Shown one piece after another: positions 13,859 to 14,769 of a stretch of DNA of 14,769 nucleotides. The first letter of the stretch is position 1. Each line of letters starts with the position of its first letter. Below the pieces are notes generated by a model, which was not told the DNA's origin, ran no database searches, and worked only from the letters and a program-made list of their open reading frames with translations. The position numbers were made by a program, and so were the translations under genes. The DNA comes from an uncultured euryarchaeote (GTDB taxonomy: Archaea > Thermoplasmatota > Poseidoniia > Poseidoniales > Poseidoniaceae), in contig CALBRH010000009.1 in NCBI GenBank assembly GCA_937899865.1, positions 1 to 14,769 on the forward strand, read 5' to 3'.

Positions 13859-14769
13859 TTATTTTCTTTAGCAGTTTGATATGCTTTGGAATAATTTTGT
13901 ACTACTGATTGCCATGTCCTATTCTCAATTATCCATTTATGTGCGTTATTGCCCAATGAATTAATTAAATCATCATCAGAAAGAACTCGTTCAATAATTT
14001 CTACCAATGAATCTACATCATCGGCATGATATAGCAAACCAGTAGTTCCATCATCAATAATTTCCTCAAGAGCCGGAAGTTTAGATGCAACTACTGCCTT
14101 TTTCATTGCCATTGCTTCAAATGGTTTTAGCGGTGTTACCAATCTTGTGACTCTTGAATTAGGTCTGCTTACAACAAAAATATCGATTAAATCATAAAAT
14201 TGAGCAACCGAATCATGAGGCACTGGTCCGGCAATTACCGCTTTATGTCCAAGCCCTAATTTGTCACAATAGTCTTTCAACTCTGTTTGACCAGAATTAC
14301 TGCTCAATACAAAAAAGCGTACATCATGACCTTTAGAAGATAGTTTTGCTGTCGCTTCAGCAGTCAAATCTACCCCTTCCATCTCTCTAAGTGAGCCGAT
14401 GTAACCAATTACCTTGGTTGATTTATCTCGATTTAGTAAATCACTTACTTCGTCAAATAATTCGTGTTTAGTGGATTGATTGATGATTGATTCATCCACT
14501 GCATTGGTTACAACTGTGATTTTTGCTTCATCAACTCCACGAGAAATCGCTTCTTGCTTGAGTGTCTCGCTAATACAAACAACTGCATCTGCAGAGCGTA
14601 GGACTTTGGTTTCATAATTTTGAAAACGGCGATAAGCGGGGCCGTTTGGCATCCATCGACCATTCGCAACTGCGGTTTCTTCCCACATTCCACGCATTTC
14701 ATAGACAAAGGGAAGTTTCAGTTTCCGTGCAGCTCTTAGTGCAGGTAGACCCACTCGGTAAGGTGTGTG
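13852..14769 (-). CDS. Family 4 glycosyltransferase, 5' end outside the window
   Basis: The frame stays open to the edge (HTPYRVGLPALRAARKL...). VYEMRGMWE, TNAVD, GYIGSL...EG and VTPLKPFEAMA are GT4 motifs. Confidence 0.88.
   Translation of the reverse strand, partial: HTPYRVGLPALRAARKLKLPFVYEMRGMWEETAVANGRWMPNGPAYRRFQNYETKVLRSADAVVCISETLKQEAISRGVDEAKITVVTNAVDESIINQSTKHELFDEVSDLLNRDKSTKVIGYIGSLREMEGVDLTAEATAKLSSKGHDVRFFVLSSNSGQTELKDYCDKLGLGHKAVIAGPVPHDSVAQFYDLIDIFVVSRPNSRVTRLVTPLKPFEAMAMKKAVVASKLPALEEIIDDGTTGLLYHADDVDSLVEIIERVLSDDDLINSLGNNAHKWIIENRTWQSVVQNYSKAYQTAKENKR

Noticed and set aside
436-14708. Remaining short ORFs nested in or antisense to the main genes (e.g. 436-792, 2026-2280, 2389-2691, 3080-3319, 3754-4062, 9917-10153, 13001-13195, 14508-14708)
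   Set aside because: All lie within genes that have clear family motifs, and none shows a motif or ribosome-binding site of its own.

Overview
Gene-dense, AT-rich archaeal chromosomal window. A Marine Group II (Ca. Poseidoniales) origin is my inference from the archaeal class III pilin, type II MetAP, (A)GGTGA ribosome-binding sites and low-complexity acidic proteins; the sequence alone does not prove it. From left to right: (1) a minus-strand cluster of Zn-ribbon/acidic protein, RimJ/RimL-like GNAT, polysaccharide deacetylase and BioY (cut by the window edge and absent from the ORF track); (2) a divergent plus-strand cluster of Upf1/IGHMBP2-like SF1 helicase, RDD protein, a Pro/Thr/Gly/Lys-repeat protein, a 91-aa LCG...LYPSGK protein, short TsaC/Sua5 and MetAP II; (3) a 354-bp intergenic region with a candidate small structured RNA; (4) a stand-alone, codon-biased archaeal type IV pilin with a 5' hairpin and a strong UUCG-hairpin/oligo-T 3' end; (5) the edge of a surface-glycan cluster (GT2, three GT4, WbpP-like 4-epimerase). 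No rRNA, tRNA, CRISPR array or mobile element was recognised. The best leads are the pilin unit next to the glycan cluster, the candidate sRNA and the stand-alone ThiF-C-terminal/TBP-like protein beside tsaC.
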